From contig JAGLZG010000078.1 of the NCBI GenBank assembly GCA_023131705.1, forward strand, positions 1-35,990: 35,990 bases of DNA. The letters are read 5' to 3'. The notes under the pieces are model-generated. The model was given only the letters and a program-made list of their open reading frames with translations. It was not told the DNA's origin and ran no database searches. Every line of letters starts with the position of its first letter. Within the stretch, counting starts at the first letter, position 1. This DNA is from Nanobdellota archaeon. GTDB taxonomy: Archaea; Nanobdellota; Nanobdellia; Woesearchaeales; B3-WOES. The position numbers and the translations under genes were made by a program. Below are positions 26,100 through 35,486 of this stretch, one piece after another.

Positions 26100-27317
26100 A
26101 TGAAGCTATTTAATAAACAAAAAGTAAGCATCCTCAAGTCCAACAAGAGGATCAACATCTGGGAGGGATCGGTCTCTTCAGGGAAGACCATTGCATCCAT
26201 AGTCAGATGGATTCAATATATTGGCAATGCTCCAACTGGCAATCTCATCATGACAGGCAAGACAGACAGGGCTCTCAGGAGGAATGTTATTGACATCATG
26301 CAGCTCCTGATTGGAAATGATATGCAATACTTCTCAGGGAAGGGAGAGATTGATCTCTGGGGCAGAAAAATATTCACCTATGGAGCAAATGATGAGAGAG
26401 CTGAAGGGAAGATCAGGGGACTGACAGCTGCTGGATCATACTGTGATGAGATCACGCTCTATCCTGAATCATTCTGGAAGATGCTCCTCTCAAGAAATAG
26501 AGTTGGAGGAGCAAAGATATTTGGCACAACCAACACTGACAATCCTCTTCACTGGCTCAAAGTTGACTTTCTTGACAGAATAAAAGAACTGAGTCTGGCA
26601 AGTTTTCACTTCGGTCTGGAAGACAACATCTTTCTTCCAGCAGATTACATTGAGAACATCAAAAAAGAATATACAGGTCTCTGGTTCATGAGATTTATTC
26701 TGGGACTCTGGGTTGCTGCTGAGGGAGCAATATATGATTTCTTTGATGAGGACATTCACACAATCAAGCAAGCTCCAGAGGCAGATTATTATGTTGTTGG
26801 AGTGGACTATGGAACACAGAATCCCTGTGTCTTCCTGCTCTTTGGAGTAAAGAACAGACCGACTCATGGACAGCCTAAAATCTGGTGTGAGAAAGAGTAT
26901 TATTATCATGGAAAGAAGGCTCAGAAGCAGAAAACAGATTCCCAATATGCAAGAGACTTCAAGAACTTTCTGGGAGATATTAAACCGAGAGCCATATACA
27001 TTGATCCCTCTGCAACTTCTTTTATTGCACAATTAAAATCAAAGAGTATATTTAATATTAAGACGGCAGATAATGATGTTGACAATGGGTTGAGACTTCA
27101 GGCAACAATGCTCCAGAAAAGATCATATAAAATATGCCAGTCCTGTCCCATGACAATCAAGGAGTATTATGGATACATCTGGGATCAGAAAGCCTCACTC
27201 AGAGGACTTGACAAGCCCAAAAAAGAGAATGATCACACAAAGGATGCTGAGAGATATGCTCTGTATACTAAATTTGGAGGGAAAGTTCTTGATTATACAA
27301 AACTATTAACTTTATAA
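26100..27317 (+). CDS. terL: Terminase large subunit (PBSX family)
   Basis: Walker A GSVSSGKT, Walker B YCDE, TTN, nuclease VDYG, DPSA, DH.KDA.RY. Confidence 0.96.
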   Translation: MKLFNKQKVSILKSNKRINIWEGSVSSGKTIASIVRWIQYIGNAPTGNLIMTGKTDRALRRNVIDIMQLLIGNDMQYFSGKGEIDLWGRKIFTYGANDERAEGKIRGLTAAGSYCDEITLYPESFWKMLLSRNRVGGAKIFGTTNTDNPLHWLKVDFLDRIKELSLASFHFGLEDNIFLPADYIENIKKEYTGLWFMRFILGLWVAAEGAIYDFFDEDIHTIKQAPEADYYVVGVDYGTQNPCVFLLFGVKNRPTHGQPKIWCEKEYYYHGKKAQKQKTDSQYARDFKNFLGDIKPRAIYIDPSATSFIAQLKSKSIFNIKTADNDVDNGLRLQATMLQKRSYKICQSCPMTIKEYYGYIWDQKASLRGLDKPKKENDHTKDAERYALYTKFGGKVLDYTKLLTL

Positions 27318-27328
27318 AGGAGAATTGC

Positions 27329-28621
27329 ATGGCTGAAAAGAAGGGAATCAAAAAATTTGTTTCTGATGGATGGATCAATCTCCTCACTGGTCTTGGTATC
27401 ATGAACAAGGACAGCAGGGTATCAACAACCTTTGGAGCTGCCATGACCTTGACAGAGTCAATGCTCAATCAGATGTATAGAGGAGATGGATTTGCAAGGA
27501 GGGTTATTGATCTGGTTGCAAATGAAATGGTCAGGAAGTGGATCAAAATTGAGGGAGATGCTGAAGGAAGGCTCCTGAAAAAGCTCAAGGACTTGAAAGC
27601 AAAGAAGATGTTCAGGAAGGCTCTCAAATGGAATAGGCTGCATGGAGGAGCTCTGATTGTTATGGGAATTGATGATGGAAGACCTATGGAAGAGGAGCTC
27701 TATGAGGATGGAATCAGAGACATCCACTATCTGAAAGTATATGACAGATGGAGATGCAACATCATCAAGAGATACACTGATCCAGAAAAAAACAATTATA
27801 GAGAGCCAGAGCAATATATGATCAGCACTCACACTGGAGCAGCCTTCACAATCCATGAGAGCAGAGTGTTGAGATTTGATGGAGCTGAGACTCCAGACTT
27901 GATTCTTGCAAGGAATAACGGCTGGCATGATTCAGAGCTTCAAGCTCCATATTCAGCTCTGAGGTCTCTGGGAAATGTATATGGCAGTGCTGAATCAATC
28001 ATCAGCTTTTTTGAGACTGGCATCCTATCAATACAAGGACTCTCTGAGATGATTGCATCAGGAGAGGAAGAGCACATCAAGACAAGGCTGGAGCTGTTGA
28101 ACCTGTCCAAGAGTGTGATCAATACTATCCTCATTGACTCAGAGGAAAAATTTGAGAAAAAGTCTTCCTCTGTCAGAGGACTTCCTGATCTGATAAATAA
28201 ATTCACAGAGGCATTGAGTGCATCAACAGGACTCCCAATTTCCCTGCTGATGGGAAGAGCTCCAGCTGGACTGAATGCAACTGGAGAGGGAGACAAGATC
28301 AATTTTTATGATAACATTTCCTCTGAGCAGGAAGAGAAGATGTATGATCAGCTGATCAGGCTTTGTCAAATAATCATGATGGGATCACAGACTGACTTCA
28401 AGGGAAAAGAGCTTGAGGAATGGGATGTGATATTCAATCCTCTCTGGCAGCTCACAGAGAAGGAAGAGGCAGAGCTCAGGAAGATCATTGCTGAAAAGGA
28501 TGAGATTGAAATCAACTCCAATATTGTTGAGCCAGAGGAAGTCAGAGAGTCCAGATATGGAGGCAATAAATACAGCATTGAGACTGAGATCAAAGAGGAA
28601 GGCGAAAGAGAAGAGGACTGA
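27329..28621 (+). CDS. Portal protein (DUF1073 family)
   Basis: IHESRVLRF, P.S.LMGRAPAGLNATGEGD..NFYD, FNPLWQ. Confidence 0.93.
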   Translation: MAEKKGIKKFVSDGWINLLTGLGIMNKDSRVSTTFGAAMTLTESMLNQMYRGDGFARRVIDLVANEMVRKWIKIEGDAEGRLLKKLKDLKAKKMFRKALKWNRLHGGALIVMGIDDGRPMEEELYEDGIRDIHYLKVYDRWRCNIIKRYTDPEKNNYREPEQYMISTHTGAAFTIHESRVLRFDGAETPDLILARNNGWHDSELQAPYSALRSLGNVYGSAESIISFFETGILSIQGLSEMIASGEEEHIKTRLELLNLSKSVINTILIDSEEKFEKKSSSVRGLPDLINKFTEALSASTGLPISLLMGRAPAGLNATGEGDKINFYDNISSEQEEKMYDQLIRLCQIIMMGSQTDFKGKELEEWDVIFNPLWQLTEKEEAELRKIIAEKDEIEINSNIVEPEEVRESRYGGNKYSIETEIKEEGEREED

Positions 28622-28623
28622 TC

Positions 28624-29568
28624 ATGGCAAAAAGGATCATAGTCAATGAGGGTGTGAGGAATGCCATGAAGCAAGCAGGGAAGAGGAAGATTGGCAAGCC
28701 TCCAAAGATGCTCCATCCCAGCTCTATTGAGAGGACATACTTCAAATATCTGGCATCACTTGTCAGGGAATGGAGAGGATTGGCTGAGGAGATGATCTCC
28801 CCTCATCTGGAGTCATTGGTTGCTGAGGCTGATATGCTGAGAGGAGATCAGCTCAAGCTTGATGGATGGGGTGAGAATGCAACTCAGATAATCAATGATA
28901 TGCAAATCAAGGTCAATCAGACTCTCAAGGGATTCAGGGATGTTGCTGGAAATATTGGACAGAGGACAGCGAATTGGCATGACAAGGAATGGAGAAAGTT
29001 CCTAAAGTCAACTGTTGGAGTCCCTCTCCTGCCAAGAGAGTTTTGGCTGGGAGATATGGTCTCATCCTTCACAGAGCAGAATTCAGCCTTGATCAAGAAT
29101 GCAGCTCAGTCAGTCCATGATGATATTCAGGGAATTGTCCAGAGGGGAGTTGCCAGTGGAGCAAGGCATGAAAAGATCAGAGGTCAAATTTTCGGGACAA
29201 AGCTGAAAAGGGGAATCTTCAGGAAGCTGATCACCAGAGTCAAGCTTATTGCAAGGGATCAGGTCTCAAAGCTGAATGGAGACCTCAATCAGCAGAGACA
29301 GAATGATCTGGGAGTCAGGAGATACAGATGGAGGACATCCAGAGATGAGAGAGTCAGAGAGAATCATGTTGTCAAGGAAGGCAACATATACAGCTGGGAC
29401 AAGCCTCCTCCAGACACTGGACATCCTTCTGAAGACCCCCAATGCAGATGTTATGCTGAGGCAGTGATCTCTGATATTGTTGGAGAGGAATTTGCAGAGC
29501 CTAAAGAGCTTGAGAAGGGATGGAAAAAAAGAGCTCTGGCAGACATCAAAGCAAAGAGGAAAAAATGA
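28624..29568 (+). CDS. Minor head / head morphogenesis protein (SPP1 gp7-like)
   Basis: LIARDQ..KLNG, YRWRTSRDERVR..H, HP......CRC. Confidence 0.92.
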   Translation: MAKRIIVNEGVRNAMKQAGKRKIGKPPKMLHPSSIERTYFKYLASLVREWRGLAEEMISPHLESLVAEADMLRGDQLKLDGWGENATQIINDMQIKVNQTLKGFRDVAGNIGQRTANWHDKEWRKFLKSTVGVPLLPREFWLGDMVSSFTEQNSALIKNAAQSVHDDIQGIVQRGVASGARHEKIRGQIFGTKLKRGIFRKLITRVKLIARDQVSKLNGDLNQQRQNDLGVRRYRWRTSRDERVRENHVVKEGNIYSWDKPPPDTGHPSEDPQCRCYAEAVISDIVGEEFAEPKELEKGWKKRALADIKAKRKK

Positions 29569-29644
29569 CAGGGATTCACAGGCATCAGACTCCATTTGCT
29601 GGAGATCATGGGATCAGATTTGAACAGAAGGAATTTGTCAGATC

Positions 29645-29851
29645 ATGATGAATCAAAAGACTCAGACATCAATCACTGAATTGATCAAGTCTCTGACTCA
29701 ATATCTTGCTGATTATTTATCCAGAAAATTTACAGGGAATATTGTGGTCACTATAAACTGTAAGGATGGAGGAATTGCAAGCACTTCAGTCAATATCAAT
29801 CATGATTTGCCCATCATAAAAAACGAGAATAAGGCAAGCCCCAAAACTTGA
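29645..29851 (+). CDS. Small DUF2292-like protein
   Basis: KFTGNIVVTINCKDGGI. Confidence 0.55.
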   Translation: MMNQKTQTSITELIKSLTQYLADYLSRKFTGNIVVTINCKDGGIASTSVNINHDLPIIKNENKASPKT

Positions 29852-29879
29852 GCTCCTGTCAACTGCCTAAAAAAAGTTG

Positions 29880-29908
29880 TTGCAATTTCCTGATTTTTTA
29901 ACTATTAT
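29880..29908 (+). promoter_or_regulatory. Sigma70-type promoter upstream of the head operon
   Basis: TTGCAA-17 nt-TATTAT. Confidence 0.6.
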
Positions 29909-29967
29909 TAAGATTGAGGTTGTGTTCTTTTCTGTTGCTGCAATATTTTCTCTTTGTTCAATGGTTG

Positions 29968-30011
29968 AAAGAGCATCCTGATTGTGAAGTGTCAGGATGC
30001 TCTTTTTTTTT
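29968..30011 (+). terminator. Strong intrinsic terminator in the head-operon leader
   Basis: Perfect 14-bp stem AAAGAGCATCCTGA / TCAGGATGCTCTTT plus T run. Confidence 0.85.
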
Positions 30012-30038
30012 ATATAAATTTTCAGGAGATTCTCACAT

Positions 30039-31469
30039 ATGCCATTCCCCAATTTTCATGCTGCCAGAGTCAAGAGTCCAGATGCATTCCAGAATATTGT
30101 TGTCCTCAAGACTCTCCCAGATGGAGTCATGATCTATGGAGGGAAATTGAAGGGAGAAACCTCCTCAACTGCTCAGGCATACAGATTCCCAAAGTCCAAA
30201 TTCTCAGCAGAGCAAGCCAAATCATGGCTGAAGAGTCATGATATCAAAGTCACTCTCTTTGAGAAGGCAGAGAAGTCAGATCAGGATGATCTCCTCAGAT
30301 TTGACAGAGCTGTTCTCAGAGGCAAGGCTGAAGACACTCCAGAGGGATATGTCAGAGCTGATGCTGTTGTCACAAGGACTGGAGTATTGCTGTATCGAAA
30401 TAATGATGGATCAATCAGGAGAGAGCTGAGGCATCCAGATCATGTCTTTGAGGCTGCCTCCCTTGATTCCATGAAGATGATTCCAATCACCAATGGACAT
30501 CCAGCAACAAAGATTGTGAATGCAGACACTGCAAAGGAGCTCCAGATCGGCAACACTGGAGAGAACATCAGACCTGATGGAAAATTTGTCATGGCATCTC
30601 TTGTGATTACAGATGGACAGAGTGTTGATGATGTCAAGAAGGGAAAGAGTGAGCTCTCTCTGGGATATTATTCTGATCTGGTCAAGGAAGATGGAATCTA
30701 TGGAGGACAAAAATATGATCATGTCCAGACCAATATCAGATATAATCATCTGGCAATAGTTGACAGAGCAAGAGCTGGAGCAATGGCAGCTCTCAATCTT
30801 GATGAGAATGAATTTTTTGAGATAGAGAATGATGAGAATGATTTGTCAATAAATGATCCCAACCACAATCCAAAAGGAGGCAATATGCCTAAAATCAATA
30901 TTGATGGAATTGAATATGACTGTCCTCAAGAGGTCATAAATTCACATGGCAAGCAAGCTGCAAAGATTGTTGAGCTGGATGCTGCTGCTGTGACACAAAA
31001 GACAGAGCTTGACACTCTGCAGGCAAAGAATGATGAGCAGACAACCAAGATCACAGAGCTGGAAAAAGCAACAGCTGATGAGGCAATTCAGAAGGCTGTC
31101 AAGGCAAGAGTTGCTCTCATTGATGGTGCAAAGAAGGTGATCATAGATGAAGAGGAAGTCAAGAAGTTTGATTCCTTGACAAATGCTGATATTAAAAAGG
31201 CAGTGATCATCAAAAAGCACACTGACAAAGAAGGCAAGGTCAACATTGACCTTGAGGGAAAGTCTGATGATTATATCAATGCCAGATTTGATGCAATTGT
31301 TGAGGCTGCTCCTGTGAATGACAGTTCTGCTCATGCAGACAATACAAGAAAGATTCATGATGATAATGCAGATCATCAGGATGAAGCTGCCGATCAGGAA
31401 AAGTCTCAGAAAAAAATGGTAACTGATATGCAGGATGCATGGAAGGACAAGAAGGAAGAGAAAAAGTAA
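30039..31469 (+). CDS. DUF2213 prohead protease / scaffold protein with N-terminal extension
   Basis: TPEGY, RTGV..Y, PITNGHP, ELSLGY, Q.NIRYNHLAIVDRARAG; coiled-coil C-terminus. Confidence 0.92.
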   Translation: MPFPNFHAARVKSPDAFQNIVVLKTLPDGVMIYGGKLKGETSSTAQAYRFPKSKFSAEQAKSWLKSHDIKVTLFEKAEKSDQDDLLRFDRAVLRGKAEDTPEGYVRADAVVTRTGVLLYRNNDGSIRRELRHPDHVFEAASLDSMKMIPITNGHPATKIVNADTAKELQIGNTGENIRPDGKFVMASLVITDGQSVDDVKKGKSELSLGYYSDLVKEDGIYGGQKYDHVQTNIRYNHLAIVDRARAGAMAALNLDENEFFEIENDENDLSINDPNHNPKGGNMPKINIDGIEYDCPQEVINSHGKQAAKIVELDAAAVTQKTELDTLQAKNDEQTTKITELEKATADEAIQKAVKARVALIDGAKKVIIDEEEVKKFDSLTNADIKKAVIIKKHTDKEGKVNIDLEGKSDDYINARFDAIVEAAPVNDSSAHADNTRKIHDDNADHQDEAADQEKSQKKMVTDMQDAWKDKKEEKK

Positions 31470-31543
31470 TTTACAAATAACAACAGGCAAAAACTAAGGA
31501 ATATATCATTTAATTTTTTTAACCTCAATTATTGGAGGAAAAT

Positions 31544-32287
31544 ATGAGTCAAACAGCTTACAACAGGAATCTCAATCCATCTTTTGCAGGGATGAAGGCT
31601 GATTCCAGATTTGACACTGTTGAGAGCTTCATTGCTGGTGTAGCAATTGCATTTGGGCTGGGAGTGTCTGGTGAAAAAGGAGAGACAAGGCTGGTTGTCA
31701 TTCCAAAAAATGATAATGCAAAGCTGGTCTTTGATGCAGACTTTGTGGATGGCAATGCAATCAATGGCAAGGTCAATGGAGTTGACTGGATAGAGGTTGA
31801 TTGGGACACTGACCATGACACAACTGCTGCTGCTCTGGCAGCTGAGATCAACAGCATGGCTGGAGTCACTTGCATCCTTGATCCATTGGATGCATCAAAT
31901 AAAACATATCTCATTGAGACTGTTGGACAGGATGCATCTGTCACAGACGTTGCTGTCACAGGAGGAATCTCTCAGGCTGGGAGCACTGTGACATATTCAG
32001 CAGATGATGAGTTCAGAGGAATTGCTATAACAACAGGAGCAAAGGAGCAAATCCTCTTGACAGGAGTGACAGAGTACAAAGCGAATGAAGCTGTCTCAGT
32101 GCTCAGGAGAGGGATGGCATGGGCAGAAACATCAAAGGCTGTCACAGCTGATGATGATGCATATGTTGACATGGATCAGAATGGAAAATTCACAAATGTC
32201 TCAACTGATAACATGACAACAGGAGGAAAATTCAGATCAAGTGTTGCAGCTGCTGGACTTGCATTGCTTGAGCTCAATATCCCTTAA
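31544..32287 (+). CDS. Capsid decoration/cement protein with inserted domain
   Basis: AGMKAD, IAFGLGV, VSVLRRG; between protease and major capsid protein. Confidence 0.8.
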   Translation: MSQTAYNRNLNPSFAGMKADSRFDTVESFIAGVAIAFGLGVSGEKGETRLVVIPKNDNAKLVFDADFVDGNAINGKVNGVDWIEVDWDTDHDTTAAALAAEINSMAGVTCILDPLDASNKTYLIETVGQDASVTDVAVTGGISQAGSTVTYSADDEFRGIAITTGAKEQILLTGVTEYKANEAVSVLRRGMAWAETSKAVTADDDAYVDMDQNGKFTNVSTDNMTTGGKFRSSVAAAGLALLELNIP

Positions 32288-32363
32288 TCAATGGCAATTA
32301 ATCAGGTTATAATAATTGACAAAGAAAAATAATAAAATTTTAACTTAAAAAATGGGAGACATT

Positions 32364-33323
32364 ATGAAAGAAATTGTCAAAGCATTGAATCTGGATGCCA
32401 ATGAGTCCATCTTTTTTGCAAGAGAGCTTGAGCATATCAAAGCGACTGCATATGACATCCGTTATCCTCAATTCAAAGCAACAGTTCTGATTCCTGTGTC
32501 TGGTGAAGCTGGCTCAGGAGCAAATTCCATCACATATGAGCAATATGATATGGTTGGAATGGCAAAAATCATTGCTGATTATGCTGATGATCTGCCAAGA
32601 GCAGATGTCAAGGGAAAGGAATTCACAACTCCAGTGAGAGGGATTGGGAATTCTTTTGGATATAGCCTTCAGGATGTGAGAGCATCTGCAAAGGCTGGCA
32701 AGAATCTCCCCAACAGGAAAGCTCTTGCTGCAAGGAAAGCAAATGATCAGGAAGTCAATGACATTGCATGGTATGGCAATCCTGCTCTTCCAAAATATGC
32801 TGGCTTGACTGGCATGATCTACAATCCAAATATCACAGTGAGCACTGTCCCGACCAGATCGGGCAGGACAAGCTGGATCACTGACGCAAAGACTCCAGAT
32901 GAGATTCTTGCTGATCTCAATGAGATTGTTGGAGACATTGTTGACTTGACAAAGGGAGTGGAAGAGCCAAATACCGTCCTGCTTCCTTATCTGGAATATA
33001 CACATATTGCAAGCACTCCAAGAAGTGCAAACAGTGACACAACTATTCTGAAATATTTTCTGGAAAACAATCCTTACATTGACAGAGTTGAGCCTCTCAA
33101 TGAGCTGAAGGCTGTTGATCCAAAGCCTTCTGGCTCAGGAGCTGCCAATCTGCTTATATGTTACAGACGTGATCCAATGAATCTCACTCTTGAGATTCCT
33201 CAGCCATATGAGCAGCTCCCTGTCCAAGAGAGAGGTCTGGAATATGTTGTTCCATGTCACAGCAGATGTGGAGGAGTTATCATATACTATCCTCTGTCAG
33301 TTGCGATATATGAAGGAATTTAA
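32364..33323 (+). CDS. Major capsid protein (DUF2184 family)
   Basis: FFARELEHIKA..YD, G.AKIIADYADDLPRAD, SRCGGVIIYYPL (alternative start 32352). Confidence 0.95.
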   Translation: MKEIVKALNLDANESIFFARELEHIKATAYDIRYPQFKATVLIPVSGEAGSGANSITYEQYDMVGMAKIIADYADDLPRADVKGKEFTTPVRGIGNSFGYSLQDVRASAKAGKNLPNRKALAARKANDQEVNDIAWYGNPALPKYAGLTGMIYNPNITVSTVPTRSGRTSWITDAKTPDEILADLNEIVGDIVDLTKGVEEPNTVLLPYLEYTHIASTPRSANSDTTILKYFLENNPYIDRVEPLNELKAVDPKPSGSGAANLLICYRRDPMNLTLEIPQPYEQLPVQERGLEYVVPCHSRCGGVIIYYPLSVAIYEGI

Positions 33324-33369
33324 AAGCGGATAGAATACAACCTCACAACCTTCTTTTTTATAATAAATG

Positions 33370-33406
33370 AGGCAGGGCAGTCTGTTCTGTCCTGCCTTGA
33401 TTTTTT
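33370..33406 (+). terminator. Terminator after the capsid gene
   Basis: AGGCAGGGCAG / CTGTCCTGCCT stem plus T tract. Confidence 0.7.
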
Positions 33407-33431
33407 CATATCTTAATTAAAGGGGAGTTTT

Positions 33432-33806
33432 ATGATTACTATTTACAGCAAGAGAACAAATGTCAGGAAGATTGCTGGCATTTTTATTATGCCAGCTGCC
33501 AATATATTGACTGAGGAAAACGCAAAGAAGATCATGGCATCTCCAGACTTCAAAGAGGACAAGCTGATCAATGTCCTGACAGCAGGGAATAAGGGAAGCA
33601 AGCCAGTCTCTGATGTTGATGATATTGATGGAGCTTCCATGACTGCAAAAGAATTGATCAAAGCACTCAAGGGAGTGTTCAGTGTCAAGAAGCTCAATGA
33701 GCTGAGAGAGGAAGAGGAGAGAGTCAGTGTCCTCAATGCAATTGACAAAAGGATTGCAGAGATTGAAGAGGACAGAGAAAACAGAGACTCAGAAGATTCA
33801 GACTAA
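33432..33806 (+). CDS. Head-associated hypothetical protein
   Basis: Follows the capsid gene; E.RVSVLNAIDKRIAEI C-terminal helix. Confidence 0.65.
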   Translation: MITIYSKRTNVRKIAGIFIMPAANILTEENAKKIMASPDFKEDKLINVLTAGNKGSKPVSDVDDIDGASMTAKELIKALKGVFSVKKLNELREEEERVSVLNAIDKRIAEIEEDRENRDSEDSD

Positions 33807-33821
33807 AATCAAAGGCATATA

Positions 33822-34184
33822 ATGCCAATTAATACAGCAAAAAATATCATAATACTTAGAGCTCCAGCATATGCATCAGAGCCGAGACTTGATGATCTCA
33901 TTGCTCTGGCAGAGCTGGAGCTCAGTCAACCTGTATTTGGAGACAAATACAACACAGCTGTTGCACTTAAAGTCCTGCATATGCTTACAAAAGAGAATAC
34001 TGGAGGAGCTGCTGGAGCAATTGCTTCTGAAAAAGAGGGAGACCTTGCCAGATCGTATCACAAGTCTGGAGATGAGACTGATCTGGGATCAACAGGATAT
34101 GGACAGGAGCTCAAGAAGCTGATCAATAATTGTGTATTTGCTCCAAGAACAAACAGGATGGGAAGCAGTGATCAGTTATCATGA
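33822..34184 (+). CDS. Head-tail adaptor (DUF4054-like)
   Basis: IASEKEGDLARSY, STGYGQE. Confidence 0.85.
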   Translation: MPINTAKNIIILRAPAYASEPRLDDLIALAELELSQPVFGDKYNTAVALKVLHMLTKENTGGAAGAIASEKEGDLARSYHKSGDETDLGSTGYGQELKKLINNCVFAPRTNRMGSSDQLS

Positions 34185-34666
34185 CAGTCAGGGACATTGA
34201 CAGAGGCTGGGACAGGATCAAGAGGGAAGTCAAAAAGCTGGATGGAGCATATACAAAGATAGGACTTCCTGAGAATGCACAAGTTGGACAGCCTCAGAGC
34301 ATTGGATCAGGACATCCTCCAGCAGACCAGATGAGTGATTTGGTTGTGATTGGAGCTGTCCATGAATACGGTTCAAAGATAGTCCCTGAGAGATCATTTC
34401 TCAGATCGACAACTGATGAGCAGAGAGTGAAAATTGCCAGATTGCAGGACAAAGCACTTGACAAGATGTATCTGGGAGAGATTAATGCAAAAACAGCAAT
34501 TGGATTGTTGGGAGAATTCATGACAACAAAAGTCAAGCAGAAGATTGTTGCTCTCAAATTCCCTCCTCTGGCTGCAATTACAAAGAAGAGGAAGGGGAGC
34601 ACTAATCCTCTGATTGACACAGGACAGATGCTCCAGTCAATTCAGCATATTGAGGTCATGAAATAA
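34181..34666 (+). CDS. Neck / virion morphogenesis protein
   Basis: HEYGS..VPERSFLRST, PPLA..T..RKGS..PLIDTGQM..SI. Confidence 0.85.
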   Translation: MTVRDIDRGWDRIKREVKKLDGAYTKIGLPENAQVGQPQSIGSGHPPADQMSDLVVIGAVHEYGSKIVPERSFLRSTTDEQRVKIARLQDKALDKMYLGEINAKTAIGLLGEFMTTKVKQKIVALKFPPLAAITKKRKGSTNPLIDTGQMLQSIQHIEVMK

Positions 34667-35010
34667 TGATCCCAAGACAGACATTGACAGTCAAGAGAGT
34701 CGCAGCTGGCTCATATGTGCTGGGAATATATCAGGAGGGAGCAGAGAGTGAATTCACAATCAGGGCAAGTGTTCAGCCATTAAAAGCAAATGAGATGGAG
34801 TTGCTGCCTGATGAGAGGAGACAGTCTGAAGCTTACCGACTTTATACAGACACTCCTCTCCAGACAGCAAAGGAAGGGAAGAAAGGCTCTCCAGAGACAG
34901 TGAATGCAGACAAGGTGATCATATATGGAGATACATTTGAAGTCTATTCAGTTGGGACATGGCAGAATCAGATAATAAATCACTACAAAATCATAGTTTT
35001 TAAAATTTAA
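34666..35010 (+). CDS. Head closure protein
   Basis: IRASVQP....E...LP..R, AD.VI..G..FEV. Confidence 0.8.
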   Translation: MIPRQTLTVKRVAAGSYVLGIYQEGAESEFTIRASVQPLKANEMELLPDERRQSEAYRLYTDTPLQTAKEGKKGSPETVNADKVIIYGDTFEVYSVGTWQNQIINHYKIIVFKI

Positions 35011-35025
35011 CAGAAGGAGAATATC

Positions 35026-35418
35026 ATGGTATTAGAAACCGATCCCAGAAATGATATGCTTGATGGTCTGGTTGATAATGTTGACGAAGGATCAGGGACT
35101 ACTGAGGGAGTCCTTGTCATTGGGACAACAGGCATGGCAACAACTCTGGTCACTATTCCATTAAATAATCCAGCATTTGATGCTGCTGCTGCTGGATCAG
35201 TTGCAATGGATGTCACTCCAGAGCCTGAAGAGGATGCGGTGGCAACAGGAGTTGCAGCTGCCTTTGAGATTCAGGACAGGGATGCAACAAAGATCATGAG
35301 TGGATCAGTTGGGACAACTGGCAAGGACTTGAATCTGAATTCAGTCAACATTGAAACTGGAGTCCCTGTGAAGATCACAGCAGCAACAATCACACAACCA
35401 GCTGGGAGTCCTGCATAA
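35026..35418 (+). CDS. Small acidic beta-rich virion protein
   Basis: RNDMLD...AVATGVAA.F.I.D...GSVGT...DLNLNSVNI; in the structural module. Confidence 0.65.
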   Translation: MVLETDPRNDMLDGLVDNVDEGSGTTEGVLVIGTTGMATTLVTIPLNNPAFDAAAAGSVAMDVTPEPEEDAVATGVAAAFEIQDRDATKIMSGSVGTTGKDLNLNSVNIETGVPVKITAATITQPAGSPA

Positions 35419-35437
35419 TAAATCATTGTAAGTGAAA

Positions 35438-35475
35438 CAGGGAGCAGGATGTCTCAGGATGTCAATGCTCCCTGT
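35438..35475 (+). terminator. Intergenic hairpin (terminator or processing signal)
   Basis: Perfect 10-bp inverted repeat ACAGGGAGCA / TGCTCCCTGT; weak T tail. Confidence 0.5.
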
Positions 35476-35486
35476 ATTGACTAATT

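Noticed and set aside
27329-28621. Anti-CBASS Acb1 label sometimes given to DUF1073 proteins
   Set aside because: Position and motifs indicate a plain portal; no paired HxT/S phosphoesterase domain recognised
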